Part shown: positions 56,853-64,000 of the stretch, one piece after another
Layout of the letters: each line of letters starts with the position of its first letter
How positions within the stretch are numbered: position 1 is the first letter of the stretch
Source of the DNA: an uncultured Candidatus Saccharibacteria bacterium
Lineage (GTDB): Bacteria; Patescibacteriota; Minisyncoccia; Minisyncoccales; CAYVNG01
Reading direction: 5' to 3'
Assembly: GCA_964452875.1 (NCBI GenBank)
Contig: CAYVNG010000001.1
Span: forward strand, 2,786-66,785
Length of the DNA: 64,000 bases
Program-made: the position numbers and the translations under genes
The notes under the pieces: generated by a model
The model's database searches: none
The model's input: only the letters and a program-made list of their open reading frames with translations
Told to the model about the DNA's origin: nothing

Positions 56853-57692
56853 TCAGATATTGAAGAATTCCCTTGCGTTTTCAAAAGTCCGCTCTTCCAC
56901 TTCCTTTATACTTATTCCCTTAATCTCAGATATTCTCTCAATGACGTATTTTACAAATACGGGCTCGTTTCTTTCTTTGAGTCCGGGAGGGGCAAGGTAC
57001 GGACAGTCGGTTTCAACCATCATTTTATCAAGAGGGATATTGCTGATAATCTTGGCGAAATCGATTCCGGAGATGCTCTTGAAAATGATCCCGTTAAGGC
57101 CGATATGATATCCGAAGCCGAGGTATTTTTTAAGCTGCTCTTCTGTTCCCACGAAGCTGTGGACTATGGCTCTTTCCGGCCTGATTTTTTCGTTCTCTTC
57201 CAGAAAAGAGATCAGATTCTGATGGGCCATCCTGCAGTGCAGGATGAAAGGAAGCGCCAGTTCTTTTGCGAGCAAAAACTGGCCTGAAAGCGCTTCTTCC
57301 TGGCTTTTTTTGAATATTTCCAGCTTTTTCTTGGTTTTCGGCTTCCAATAATAGTCAAAGCCCGCTTCTCCTATCGCCACCACCTTTTTCGATTCGGCCA
57401 GGTCCTTGTATCTGTCCGGATCGAATTTTTCCTCCCTGGACACGAACTGCGTTTCCTGAAGGTCTTCTTTTATCTTCACCAGCCCGGCCTGCAAATGGAG
57501 GGGATGGAGCCCTATTGAGGCAAAGAATCCTTTTCCGTACTTTTCCGCTATTTCCATCGCCCTTTTGGAGGTGTCGTACTGGGAACCTACATTCACCACC
57601 CAGATTTTTTCTTTAACGCATCTTTCAACGACCTCGTTAAGGTCGCTTTTGTAGGCGCTGAAATTGAGATGGGCGTGGGTGTCTATTATCAT
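56853..57692 (-). CDS. tatD: TatD family nuclease
   Basis: IDTHAHL, IGLHP, AIGEAGFDY, LHCR, ETDCPYL. Confidence 0.93.
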   Translation of the reverse strand: MIIDTHAHLNFSAYKSDLNEVVERCVKEKIWVVNVGSQYDTSKRAMEIAEKYGKGFFASIGLHPLHLQAGLVKIKEDLQETQFVSREEKFDPDRYKDLAESKKVVAIGEAGFDYYWKPKTKKKLEIFKKSQEEALSGQFLLAKELALPFILHCRMAHQNLISFLEENEKIRPERAIVHSFVGTEEQLKKYLGFGYHIGLNGIIFKSISGIDFAKIISNIPLDKMMVETDCPYLAPPGLKERNEPVFVKYVIERISEIKGISIKEVEERTFENAREFFNI

Positions 57693-57733
57693 TGATGATT
57701 TAATCTTATCCTTTTTCTTTTTCTTTTCAAAGG

Positions 57734-57761
57734 TTGACGGAACGGATGATTGTGGTATAAT
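57734..57761 (+). promoter_or_regulatory. sigma70 promoter TTGACG-16-TATAAT (extended -10)
   Basis: ttgacg 57734-57739, tataat 57756-57761. Confidence 0.72.
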
Positions 57762-57791
57762 ATTGGCAGTACGAAAGGGGAGGTGACAGAT

Positions 57792-57968
57792 ATGCTTTAC
57801 TTCTGCAGGGTGTGCGGGCTTCTATTCAAGTTTTACTCGGGAAAGAAGATTGCAGAGTATCTTCTGGACGGTGTCCCTCAGAGCGTGTCGGTGGAGACCG
57901 ACCGCAGAGGGAATCCTGTGGAATGCCCGCACTGCAAAACGAAAATGCCTGAAGTGTGCGAGGTCTGA
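57792..57968 (+). CDS. 58-aa CxxC...CxxC zinc-ribbon protein
   Basis: SD GGGGAGGTGA, ATG 57792, CRVC...CPHC, own promoter and terminator. Confidence 0.7.
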   Translation: MLYFCRVCGLLFKFYSGKKIAEYLLDGVPQSVSVETDRRGNPVECPHCKTKMPEVCEV

Positions 57969-57975
57969 TCTCCTT

Positions 57976-58014
57976 GGCCGGCATTGCTTAAAACTCTGCC
58001 GGCCTTTTCTTTTT
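57976..58014 (+). terminator. Intrinsic terminator
   Basis: ggccggca...tgccggcc-ttttcttttt. Confidence 0.8.
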
Positions 58015-58038
58015 CTCGTTCAAAGCTACAATAGAGCA

Positions 58039-58620
58039 ATGAAAGAGATGAGGATCAAAAGAGATAATGTTGATGCTATCTTGAAAGAAGCGCAGAAAGC
58101 GATCAAAGAAGGGAGAGTCATCATTTGCCCTACAGACACCGTTTACGGACTTTGCGCTGACGCTTTGGATCAGAAAGCGGTCAGCAGGGTTTTTAAAATC
58201 AAAAAAAGGGACAGGAAAAAGCCCCTTTCCGTTTTTGTCAAAAGCGTCAGGGAAGCTTCCAAGATTTCTTTCTTGAGAAAAGAGGATGCGACAAAGATGA
58301 AGGCAGGAAAAATAACCGGAATACTGATGGCAAAAAGGAAGTTTCCCAAAGGCGTCCTTGCAGAAGACGGCACTATAGGAATTCGCATCCCGAATCATGA
58401 TTTTGTAAAAAAGCTGCTGGAGAAAACAAAGACTCCTTTGACCGGCACTTCAGCCAATATTTCCGGCAAGCCTGCTTCAACTGAGATAAAAGAGATATTG
58501 GCCCAGTTCAAGAAAGAAAGATTCAAACCTGACTTGGTGATCAACGCAGGAAACCTCAAAAAAAGGAATCCCTCAGCCGTGATCGATTTCACGAGAAAAG
58601 GGAGAGTGGTCAGAAAATAG
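58039..58620 (+). CDS. tsaC: L-threonylcarbamoyladenylate synthase (TsaC/Sua5)
   Basis: PTDTVYGL, KKR..KKPL, GIRIP, TSANISG; ATG 58039. Confidence 0.92.
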   Translation: MKEMRIKRDNVDAILKEAQKAIKEGRVIICPTDTVYGLCADALDQKAVSRVFKIKKRDRKKPLSVFVKSVREASKISFLRKEDATKMKAGKITGILMAKRKFPKGVLAEDGTIGIRIPNHDFVKKLLEKTKTPLTGTSANISGKPASTEIKEILAQFKKERFKPDLVINAGNLKKRNPSAVIDFTRKGRVVRK

Positions 58621-58642
58621 GATCAAAATTACTTCAAATAAG

Positions 58643-59305
58643 TCAGCGACCGCCATCTTCCCATTCCTTGAGGAACTTTTTCAAATACTCTTTCAGAAAG
58701 CGATGGCGGCCTTCGGCGATTTTCTTTGCCGTTTTTGTGTTCATCCTGTCTTTCAGCAAAAGGAGTTTCTCATGAAAGTGGTTTATGCTCGTGCTTTCGC
58801 TGAAAAAGTATTCTTTCTTTGAATCATGCATTTTCACTTTTTTCCCCGGAATATGAATAGGCCGGCCGGCATACCCGCCGTAAGCGAAAGTGCGGGCTAT
58901 TCCTATGGCGCCTATGGCGTCGAGCCTGTCGGAGTCCTGGACCACTTTTCCTTCGATGGTCTTCATTTCCGTTTTCACCCCAGCTCCCTTGAAGGACATA
59001 TTCGATATTATTCCGCAGACGTTATCCGTAATTCCTTCTGGCAAGGAATATTTCTCAAGGATTTTCCTGGCTGCCTTGGGTCCGGCCGTGTCGTCCCCGT
59101 TATTGAATTTCCAGTCCGCTATGTCGTGAAGGAGGGCGGCGAGCTCTATGACGAACATGTCTGCTTTTTCGATCCTGCCGATGCGTTTTGCCGTATTCCA
59201 TACCCGCAAAACGTGCCACCAGTCGTGGCCGGTGTTCTCTTTCTCGAATTTCTGCTTCACTTCGTCTGAGACTTTTTGGACGATTTTCTGCTGTTTAGGA
59301 TTCAT
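58643..59305 (-). CDS. HD-domain phosphohydrolase
   Basis: GHDWWH, AALLHDIAD, QDSDRLDAIGAIGIAR, HFHEKLL. Confidence 0.92.
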   Translation of the reverse strand: MNPKQQKIVQKVSDEVKQKFEKENTGHDWWHVLRVWNTAKRIGRIEKADMFVIELAALLHDIADWKFNNGDDTAGPKAARKILEKYSLPEGITDNVCGIISNMSFKGAGVKTEMKTIEGKVVQDSDRLDAIGAIGIARTFAYGGYAGRPIHIPGKKVKMHDSKKEYFFSESTSINHFHEKLLLLKDRMNTKTAKKIAEGRHRFLKEYLKKFLKEWEDGGR

Positions 59306-59382
59306 GAAGAAAAATCAAAGGTTTAATATCTTTTGCATTTTAAGCATAACTTATTGCCGTTCTGGCAGCAAACATGTTGCAC

Positions 59383-59421
59383 AAAAAAGAGCCCTGCGCA
59401 GATATATCCCGCGAAGGGCTT
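59383..59421 (-). terminator. Intrinsic terminator
   Basis: agccct...agggct followed by a U tract on the - strand. Confidence 0.65.
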
Positions 59422-59422
59422 G

Positions 59423-59914
59423 TCAGCTCGCAATGAATTTGTAGAGGAGCCAGGGCATGCGTTTGAGTATCCTCTCCCTCCTGTCCCATGCTTTGCGGGA
59501 TCTGGTCCGCTTCTGCAAAGAATCTTGGCAGAACCAGGAGTCTTCCGAGTACTGCCCGATCTCTTCGCAAGGCAGGACCTTTACAAGCGCCCCAGCTTCG
59601 CGGACCGCCTCTCGGACGTCCCGCAGGGCGCGCCATAAATGCGGTTCGGCTGCCACCACCCACAGCTTTTCGATTCTTTCCTGATCAGCCCAATTGACCG
59701 CTTCCCTGGCGAATCGGAAAGTAGACGGCGGTTCTCCAAATCGCTCTCGAATGCGCTCTGTCGGCACGCTGTCTTCGATGCGAACGTCAAGCTGGGTGTA
59801 AATATGGGAATTAAGCTCCCTGGCCTTATTCGACGCGATTTCAGAGATGATCCTGTTGGAAAGGATATTATCTGGCGCGCCGAATGCGAATGCTATGATG
59901 CCTGTTTTTTTCAA
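59423..59914 (-). CDS. Hypothetical protein, remote DUF218-like Rossmann fold
   Basis: AGGAGG SD with TTG start; WVVAAEPHLWRA resembles the DUF218 VTS..H..RA motif. Confidence 0.65.
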   Translation of the reverse strand: MKKTGIIAFAFGAPDNILSNRIISEIASNKARELNSHIYTQLDVRIEDSVPTERIRERFGEPPSTFRFAREAVNWADQERIEKLWVVAAEPHLWRALRDVREAVREAGALVKVLPCEEIGQYSEDSWFCQDSLQKRTRSRKAWDRRERILKRMPWLLYKFIAS

Positions 59915-60031
59915 TGTCCGCCTCCTGTTCCGACCTTGGATTATTGCATGAAATTCGGTATTTGTAAATATTCTAGTATTGAATTAGTCGGGGCGATTAA
60001 TAAGTTTTTTGAAGCTTTACACAGACACTTT

Positions 60032-60067
60032 AAAAAAGCCCCGAACAGGAGAATCCTGCAAGGGGCT
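60032..60067 (-). terminator. Intrinsic terminator
   Basis: agcccc...ggggct followed by a U tract on the - strand. Confidence 0.7.
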
Positions 60068-60078
60068 GAAGCACGCGG

Positions 60079-60330
60079 TCACCAGTCTTTTTCGGTGACT
60101 ATGATCCATATCCACCAGATGGTGGCTGCCAAGCAGATGGCGCCGAGGACATCATGGCCGAAGGTGAAACACGAAATCGTAGCGTAAACGAGCGCTATGA
60201 TACCTGTCACCCTCGCCCACTTCATATACCTTTGACCTCTTTTCCATTCCTCCCTCATCATCCTTGTCCTTCGAAGCAATCTTTCGCACCGAAACTTCAA
60301 CTCTGTCGACTCTTCATCTTTTTGCTTCAT
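60079..60330 (-). CDS. 83-aa two-TM hypothetical membrane protein
   Basis: AGGAGG SD; promoter TTGACA-16-TATAAT (60370-60397); two C-terminal hydrophobic helices. Confidence 0.7.
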   Translation of the reverse strand: MKQKDEESTELKFRCERLLRRTRMMREEWKRGQRYMKWARVTGIIALVYATISCFTFGHDVLGAICLAATIWWIWIIVTEKDW

Positions 60331-60462
60331 GTTCCTCCTTCATATCCAGAATTGTTCGGGATCTTTAAAATTATAATATATTTATTGAGATTGTCAAGGC
60401 AATGAGCAATCAACAAATAAAAAAGGAATTCTTGGAAATTCCTTTAATATGTCATTCGAAAG

Positions 60463-60546
60463 TGCCGCGGGAGGGACTCGAACCCTCACAGGATTGCTCC
60501 TATACGATTTTGAGTCGTACGCGTAAACCAGTTCCGCCACCGCGGC
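60463..60546 (-). tRNA. tRNA-Leu(CAA)
   Basis: GCCGCGG acceptor, anticodon arm UACGA-CUCAAAA-UCGUA, long variable arm, GGUUCGAGUCC; CCA not encoded. Confidence 0.95.
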
Positions 60547-60619
60547 ATGCTTCTACAAGCAGATTTTTACCGTTTTTCTTCGCGTTGTCAATTAAAAGAT
60601 ATTGTGTTAATTTATTTTA

Positions 60620-61420
60620 ATGACGCAAGTGCTGACCATCGTTAATGCCAAGGGAGGGACAGGAAAGACGACCACGGCCGTTAATCTGGCCGGTTTTCTT
60701 GCTGAAAAAGGAAAAAAAGTCCTTCTTGTCGACATGGATTCCCAGGCCAACGCCACTTTCTGTCTGGGAATCAACCCGAAAGTCCTTCCTCTTTCCATAT
60801 ATAATGTCATGGTAGGCCAGGTCACTCCCCATGCAATCCTCCAGAAGAAAGCCACTATTCCTTTCTACGATCTTTTTCCCGCTTCCCCGGATCTGGCCGC
60901 AATAACCGTGGAACTAGTCAATTCCAAGGATAGGGAATTCAGGCTGCGCCAAGTGCTGGAGGATATAAAAAAATCGTACGATTACATAATAATAGATTCG
61001 CCTCCCAGCTTAGGCCTTTTGACCATAAACGCCCTTTGCGCCGCCGACAAGCTTATAATTCCGGTCCAGTGCGAATACCTGTCCCTGGAAGGTCTGGAGC
61101 AGCTGCTCAATACGATAGAACTGGTGAAAAATAATTTAGAGAGGAGCCTTGAAATTGCCGGCGTTTTGCTGACCATGTATAATAGAAGAAGCTCTTTGAG
61201 CAGGGAAGTGGCAAAAGAGGTGAGGAACAGATTCGAAGGAAAGATTTTCGACGCCGTCATCCCCAGGAGTTCGGCTCTTGCTGAAGCGCCGAAATTCGGG
61301 AAGACCATTCTGGAGTACGCCCCGAACTCAAAAGCGTATTTTGCCTACAAAGAGCTGGCAGAAGAGGTCATCAATCTCGGAGAAGGCGGGAGCCTGCCTC
61401 CAGAGAAAAAGGAAGAATAA
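60620..61420 (+). CDS. parA: Chromosome partitioning ATPase ParA/Soj
   Basis: KGGTGKTTT, DMDSQANAT, DSPPSLG, PVQCEY, LAEAP.FG. Confidence 0.95.
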   Translation: MTQVLTIVNAKGGTGKTTTAVNLAGFLAEKGKKVLLVDMDSQANATFCLGINPKVLPLSIYNVMVGQVTPHAILQKKATIPFYDLFPASPDLAAITVELVNSKDREFRLRQVLEDIKKSYDYIIIDSPPSLGLLTINALCAADKLIIPVQCEYLSLEGLEQLLNTIELVKNNLERSLEIAGVLLTMYNRRSSLSREVAKEVRNRFEGKIFDAVIPRSSALAEAPKFGKTILEYAPNSKAYFAYKELAEEVINLGEGGSLPPEKKEE

Positions 61421-61435
61421 ATATTTTTAAAAAAC

Positions 61436-62308
61436 ATGAGACAACCGTTCGGAAAGGGATTGGAATCCCTTATTCCCAAAAAGAACCAAAAACCGGCAGG
61501 AGAAAGTGAAAAAAAGGATTCCGTTTTTTTGATTGAAGTTGAAAGGATAACCGCCAATCCTTACCAGCCCAGAAAAGAGTTTGACCAGGAAGGGCTGCGC
61601 ACTCTTTCCGAATCGATAAAAGATTACGGAGTCCTCCAGCCCTTGGTGGTGAGCAGGGCGGAAAGGGAAGGGAGGATAGAATATCAGCTGATCGCCGGGG
61701 AAAGAAGGCTTTTGGCTTCCAGGATGGCGGGTCTTACCGAAGTGCCGGTGGTGATCAAAGAATCTACCGACAAGGAAAAATTGGAAGTTTCCCTGATCGA
61801 AAACGCCCAGAGGCTGGATTTGAATCCAATAGAAAAGGCAGAGGCTTTCCAGAGGCTCCACGACGAATTCGGCCTGGTCCAAAAAGAGATCGCCAGGATA
61901 TGCGGTATGAGCAGGGAGGCGGTGGCCAACACAATGAGGCTCCTGGACCTGGCGATAGAGGCGAGGGAAGCGGTCAGGGTAAAGAAGATAAGCGAAGGCC
62001 ATGCCAGAGCTTTGCTGGGGGTGAAGTCGCCTGAAAAGCAGAAAAGCGTTTTCGAGAAAACGGTGAGGGACGGACTGAGCGTAAGAGAAACAGAAGAACT
62101 GGCCAAAAAGATCGAGGTATGGCAGCCCTTGCCGAGAAAGATTGACTTCCCGTCGTTCAGGGAATTCAAAGAAGCAGAAGAAAAGGTTAAAAAGATGTTC
62201 TCCTTGAAAGGACTGAAGATAGGCGTTGAGGGAGGAAAGCCCAAACTGACGATGCTTTTCAATTCCAAAGAAGACCTTAAGAAGCTTTTCCAAACCTTCG
62301 AGCGCTAG
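61436..62308 (+). CDS. parB: Chromosome partitioning protein ParB/Spo0J
   Basis: GKGLESLIP, NPYQPRKEF, AGERRL, ENAQR.DLNPIE, HTH, GHARAL. Confidence 0.95.
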   Translation: MRQPFGKGLESLIPKKNQKPAGESEKKDSVFLIEVERITANPYQPRKEFDQEGLRTLSESIKDYGVLQPLVVSRAEREGRIEYQLIAGERRLLASRMAGLTEVPVVIKESTDKEKLEVSLIENAQRLDLNPIEKAEAFQRLHDEFGLVQKEIARICGMSREAVANTMRLLDLAIEAREAVRVKKISEGHARALLGVKSPEKQKSVFEKTVRDGLSVRETEELAKKIEVWQPLPRKIDFPSFREFKEAEEKVKKMFSLKGLKIGVEGGKPKLTMLFNSKEDLKKLFQTFER

Positions 62309-64000
62309 ATTTTCTTGACTGAAGCCACTCCCTTCACTTCTTTCAGCATTCCGAAAAGATTATCCATTTCCTCGAACCCCGATGTTTCTATCTTGGCCGT
62401 TATCACGAAGGGATTCGATTTTTCTTTCGACTTGCTGCTTATAGCCAGGATGTTTATGCTCATTGAGCTGATCACGGAAGTGATGTCGCTCAGCAGTTCG
62501 GTCCTGTTCTCAGCCGTTATCTTTATCTTCACCGGATAAAGCTTTTTTTCTTCCCCCCAGCCGGCCTCGATCACCCTCTGGGGCCACTTTTTGTTCAGCC
62601 TCAAGAAATTTTTGCAGTCTTCGGCATGCACCGCCGCCCCCCCTTGGCTGGTGACATAGGCTTTGATTTCGTCTCCTGGCTTGGGAGAGCAGCATTTAGC
62701 CATCCTTATTTTGATTCCGGCCTGGCCGGCCAGGAAAACCTTTTTTTCTTTCTGGTCTTTTTTGAGGATCCTTTCGAAGAATGACTTTTTGGGTTTAAAG
62801 AGCTCTTTTTCCCTGACCAGGTTTCTGGCTATCTCCCTGACGGTTATTTCCCCCTCTCCGACAGCCACCAAAAGGGTGTCTAAATCCTTGTATGAGGAAA
62901 AGGCTTTTAAGAGATCTTCTTTTTTGTTCTTTGGGATCTGATGCCAGGATATTTTCTGGAATTGCTTTAGTTCCTGGTCTATCATATCTATCGCCTTGCC
63001 CAGGTTTTCCGGCAGAGATTCTTTTTTGAGCCAGAATTTGATGTGACTTTTGGCCAGGCTTGTCTTTACGAAATCAACCCAGTCCCTGGCCGGGGTCCTT
63101 GAAGGATCGGTGATGATTTCCACCACGTCGCCGTTCTTCAGCGGATAGGATAAAGAGCACATTTTCCCGTTCACTTTTGCTCCGGTGCAGTGGTTTCCTA
63201 TTTCCGTGTGCACGCCGTAAGCGAAATCTATCGGAGTCGCCTGTTCGGGAAGGTCCACGGCGTCTCCTTTCGGGGTGAATACGAATATCCTGTTTTTAAA
63301 GAAGTCTATTTTCAGCCCTTCCCAGAAGTCTTTGGATTTTGTGGTCTCTTTCTGCCAGTCGCGCAGCTGGCTGACCCATTGGAATTTTTTGACGTCGGTC
63401 TTAAGATTGACCCCTTCTTTTTTCGCCCAATGGGCGCAGATTCCGTATTCCGCCTCTTCGTGCATTTCAGGCGTCCTTATCTGAATTTCGGTTATTATTC
63501 CGTCCACGAAAAAGACGGTGGTGTGCAAGGATCTGTATCCGGTCGGGCGGGGGAGAGCTATATAGTCTTTAATGCGGCCGGGCAAGGGTTTCCACTGTTT
63601 GTGGATTATCCCCAGTATTTTGTAGCAGCTCGCAACATCCTTGGCTATGACCCTGAGGGCCACCAGATCATATATCTTGTCCAGTTCCATGTCATATCTC
63701 AGGAGCTTCTGGTACAGGCTCCAGTAGTGTTTGGCCCTCACATGTATGTCCAGCGGGATTATCCTTTCTTTTTTCAGGGCCTTCAGCAGGATGGGTTTGG
63801 TTTTTTCCAGATATTCCGTTCTTTTCCCGTATTTTTTGCCGACGCTCTTTTTGAGCCAGTTATATTCTTTGGGGTAGAGGAAAGAGAAGGCCAGGTCCTC
63901 GAGCCTTCCTTTCATTTCTCCGATGCCTAGCCTGTTGGCCAGGGGGGCGAAAAACTCCATTGTCTCTAAGGCGATCCTTTTCTGTTTTTCTTCCGGAAGG
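62305..64000 (-). CDS. Long RelA/SpoT (p)ppGpp synthetase/hydrolase, 5' end outside window
   Basis: APLANRLG, DLVALRVI, KDYIALP..GYRSLHT, EIQIRT, TGS (FAYGVHT), CC.P.PGD, C-terminal ACT. Confidence 0.93.
   Translation of the reverse strand, partial: LPEEKQKRIALETMEFFAPLANRLGIGEMKGRLEDLAFSFLYPKEYNWLKKSVGKKYGKRTEYLEKTKPILLKALKKERIIPLDIHVRAKHYWSLYQKLLRYDMELDKIYDLVALRVIAKDVASCYKILGIIHKQWKPLPGRIKDYIALPRPTGYRSLHTTVFFVDGIITEIQIRTPEMHEEAEYGICAHWAKKEGVNLKTDVKKFQWVSQLRDWQKETTKSKDFWEGLKIDFFKNRIFVFTPKGDAVDLPEQATPIDFAYGVHTEIGNHCTGAKVNGKMCSLSYPLKNGDVVEIITDPSRTPARDWVDFVKTSLAKSHIKFWLKKESLPENLGKAIDMIDQELKQFQKISWHQIPKNKKEDLLKAFSSYKDLDTLLVAVGEGEITVREIARNLVREKELFKPKKSFFERILKKDQKEKKVFLAGQAGIKIRMAKCCSPKPGDEIKAYVTSQGGAAVHAEDCKNFLRLNKKWPQRVIEAGWGEEKKLYPVKIKITAENRTELLSDITSVISSMSINILAISSKSKEKSNPFVITAKIETSGFEEMDNLFGMLKEVKGVASVKKI

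Noticed and set aside
59988-60067. Alternative pairing tcggggc/gccccga as an antiterminator
   Set aside because: The competing strand lies downstream of the U tract on the transcribed strand, so it cannot antiterminate
1-64000. Alternative genetic code (TGA=Gly), inteins, prophage, IS elements, CRISPR-Cas
   Set aside because: TGA terminates conserved genes at expected ends; no intein, integrase, transposase or cas motifs seen

Overview
Gene-dense chromosomal window (standard code 11), mostly housekeeping. Gene content and style point to a Patescibacteria/CPR Parcubacteria genome, possibly Nealsonbacteria-like (inference). Contents: PBP1A (partial); six aminoacyl-tRNA synthetases (tyrS, argS, ileS, glyQS, metG, leuS); DNA repair genes (ruvA/B/C, uvrB, mutM, recO, polX, EndoQ-like, MGMT, stand-alone 5'-3' exonuclease); tRNA-modification genes (tsaE, tsaC, Elp3, Trm9-like methyltransferase, ThiI-like); smpB-tmRNA-infC-rpmI-rplT; a glmS-iorA-iorB-yvcK-glmU operon; parAB; a long RelA/SpoT (partial); tRNA-Leu(CAA). 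I saw no CRISPR array, integrase or transposase. Most unusual signals: (1) three unannotated, highly structured intergenic RNA candidates (~5034-5205 +, ~25937-26119 -, ~27655-27960 -), each behind a consensus TTGACA-16/17-TATAAT promoter, one displaying anti-Shine-Dalgarno ACCUCCUU in a hairpin loop; (2) many core genes look leaderless, while accessory small genes carry strong SD sites; (3) Elp3 and a Trm9/ALKBH8-like methyltransferase sit head-to-head with overlapping start codons (CATG); (4) a stand-alone 32-aa Glu/Thr peptide gene; (5) IleRS with an inserted histidine-phosphatase domain. All structures and motifs were read by eye; no folding program or database search was run.
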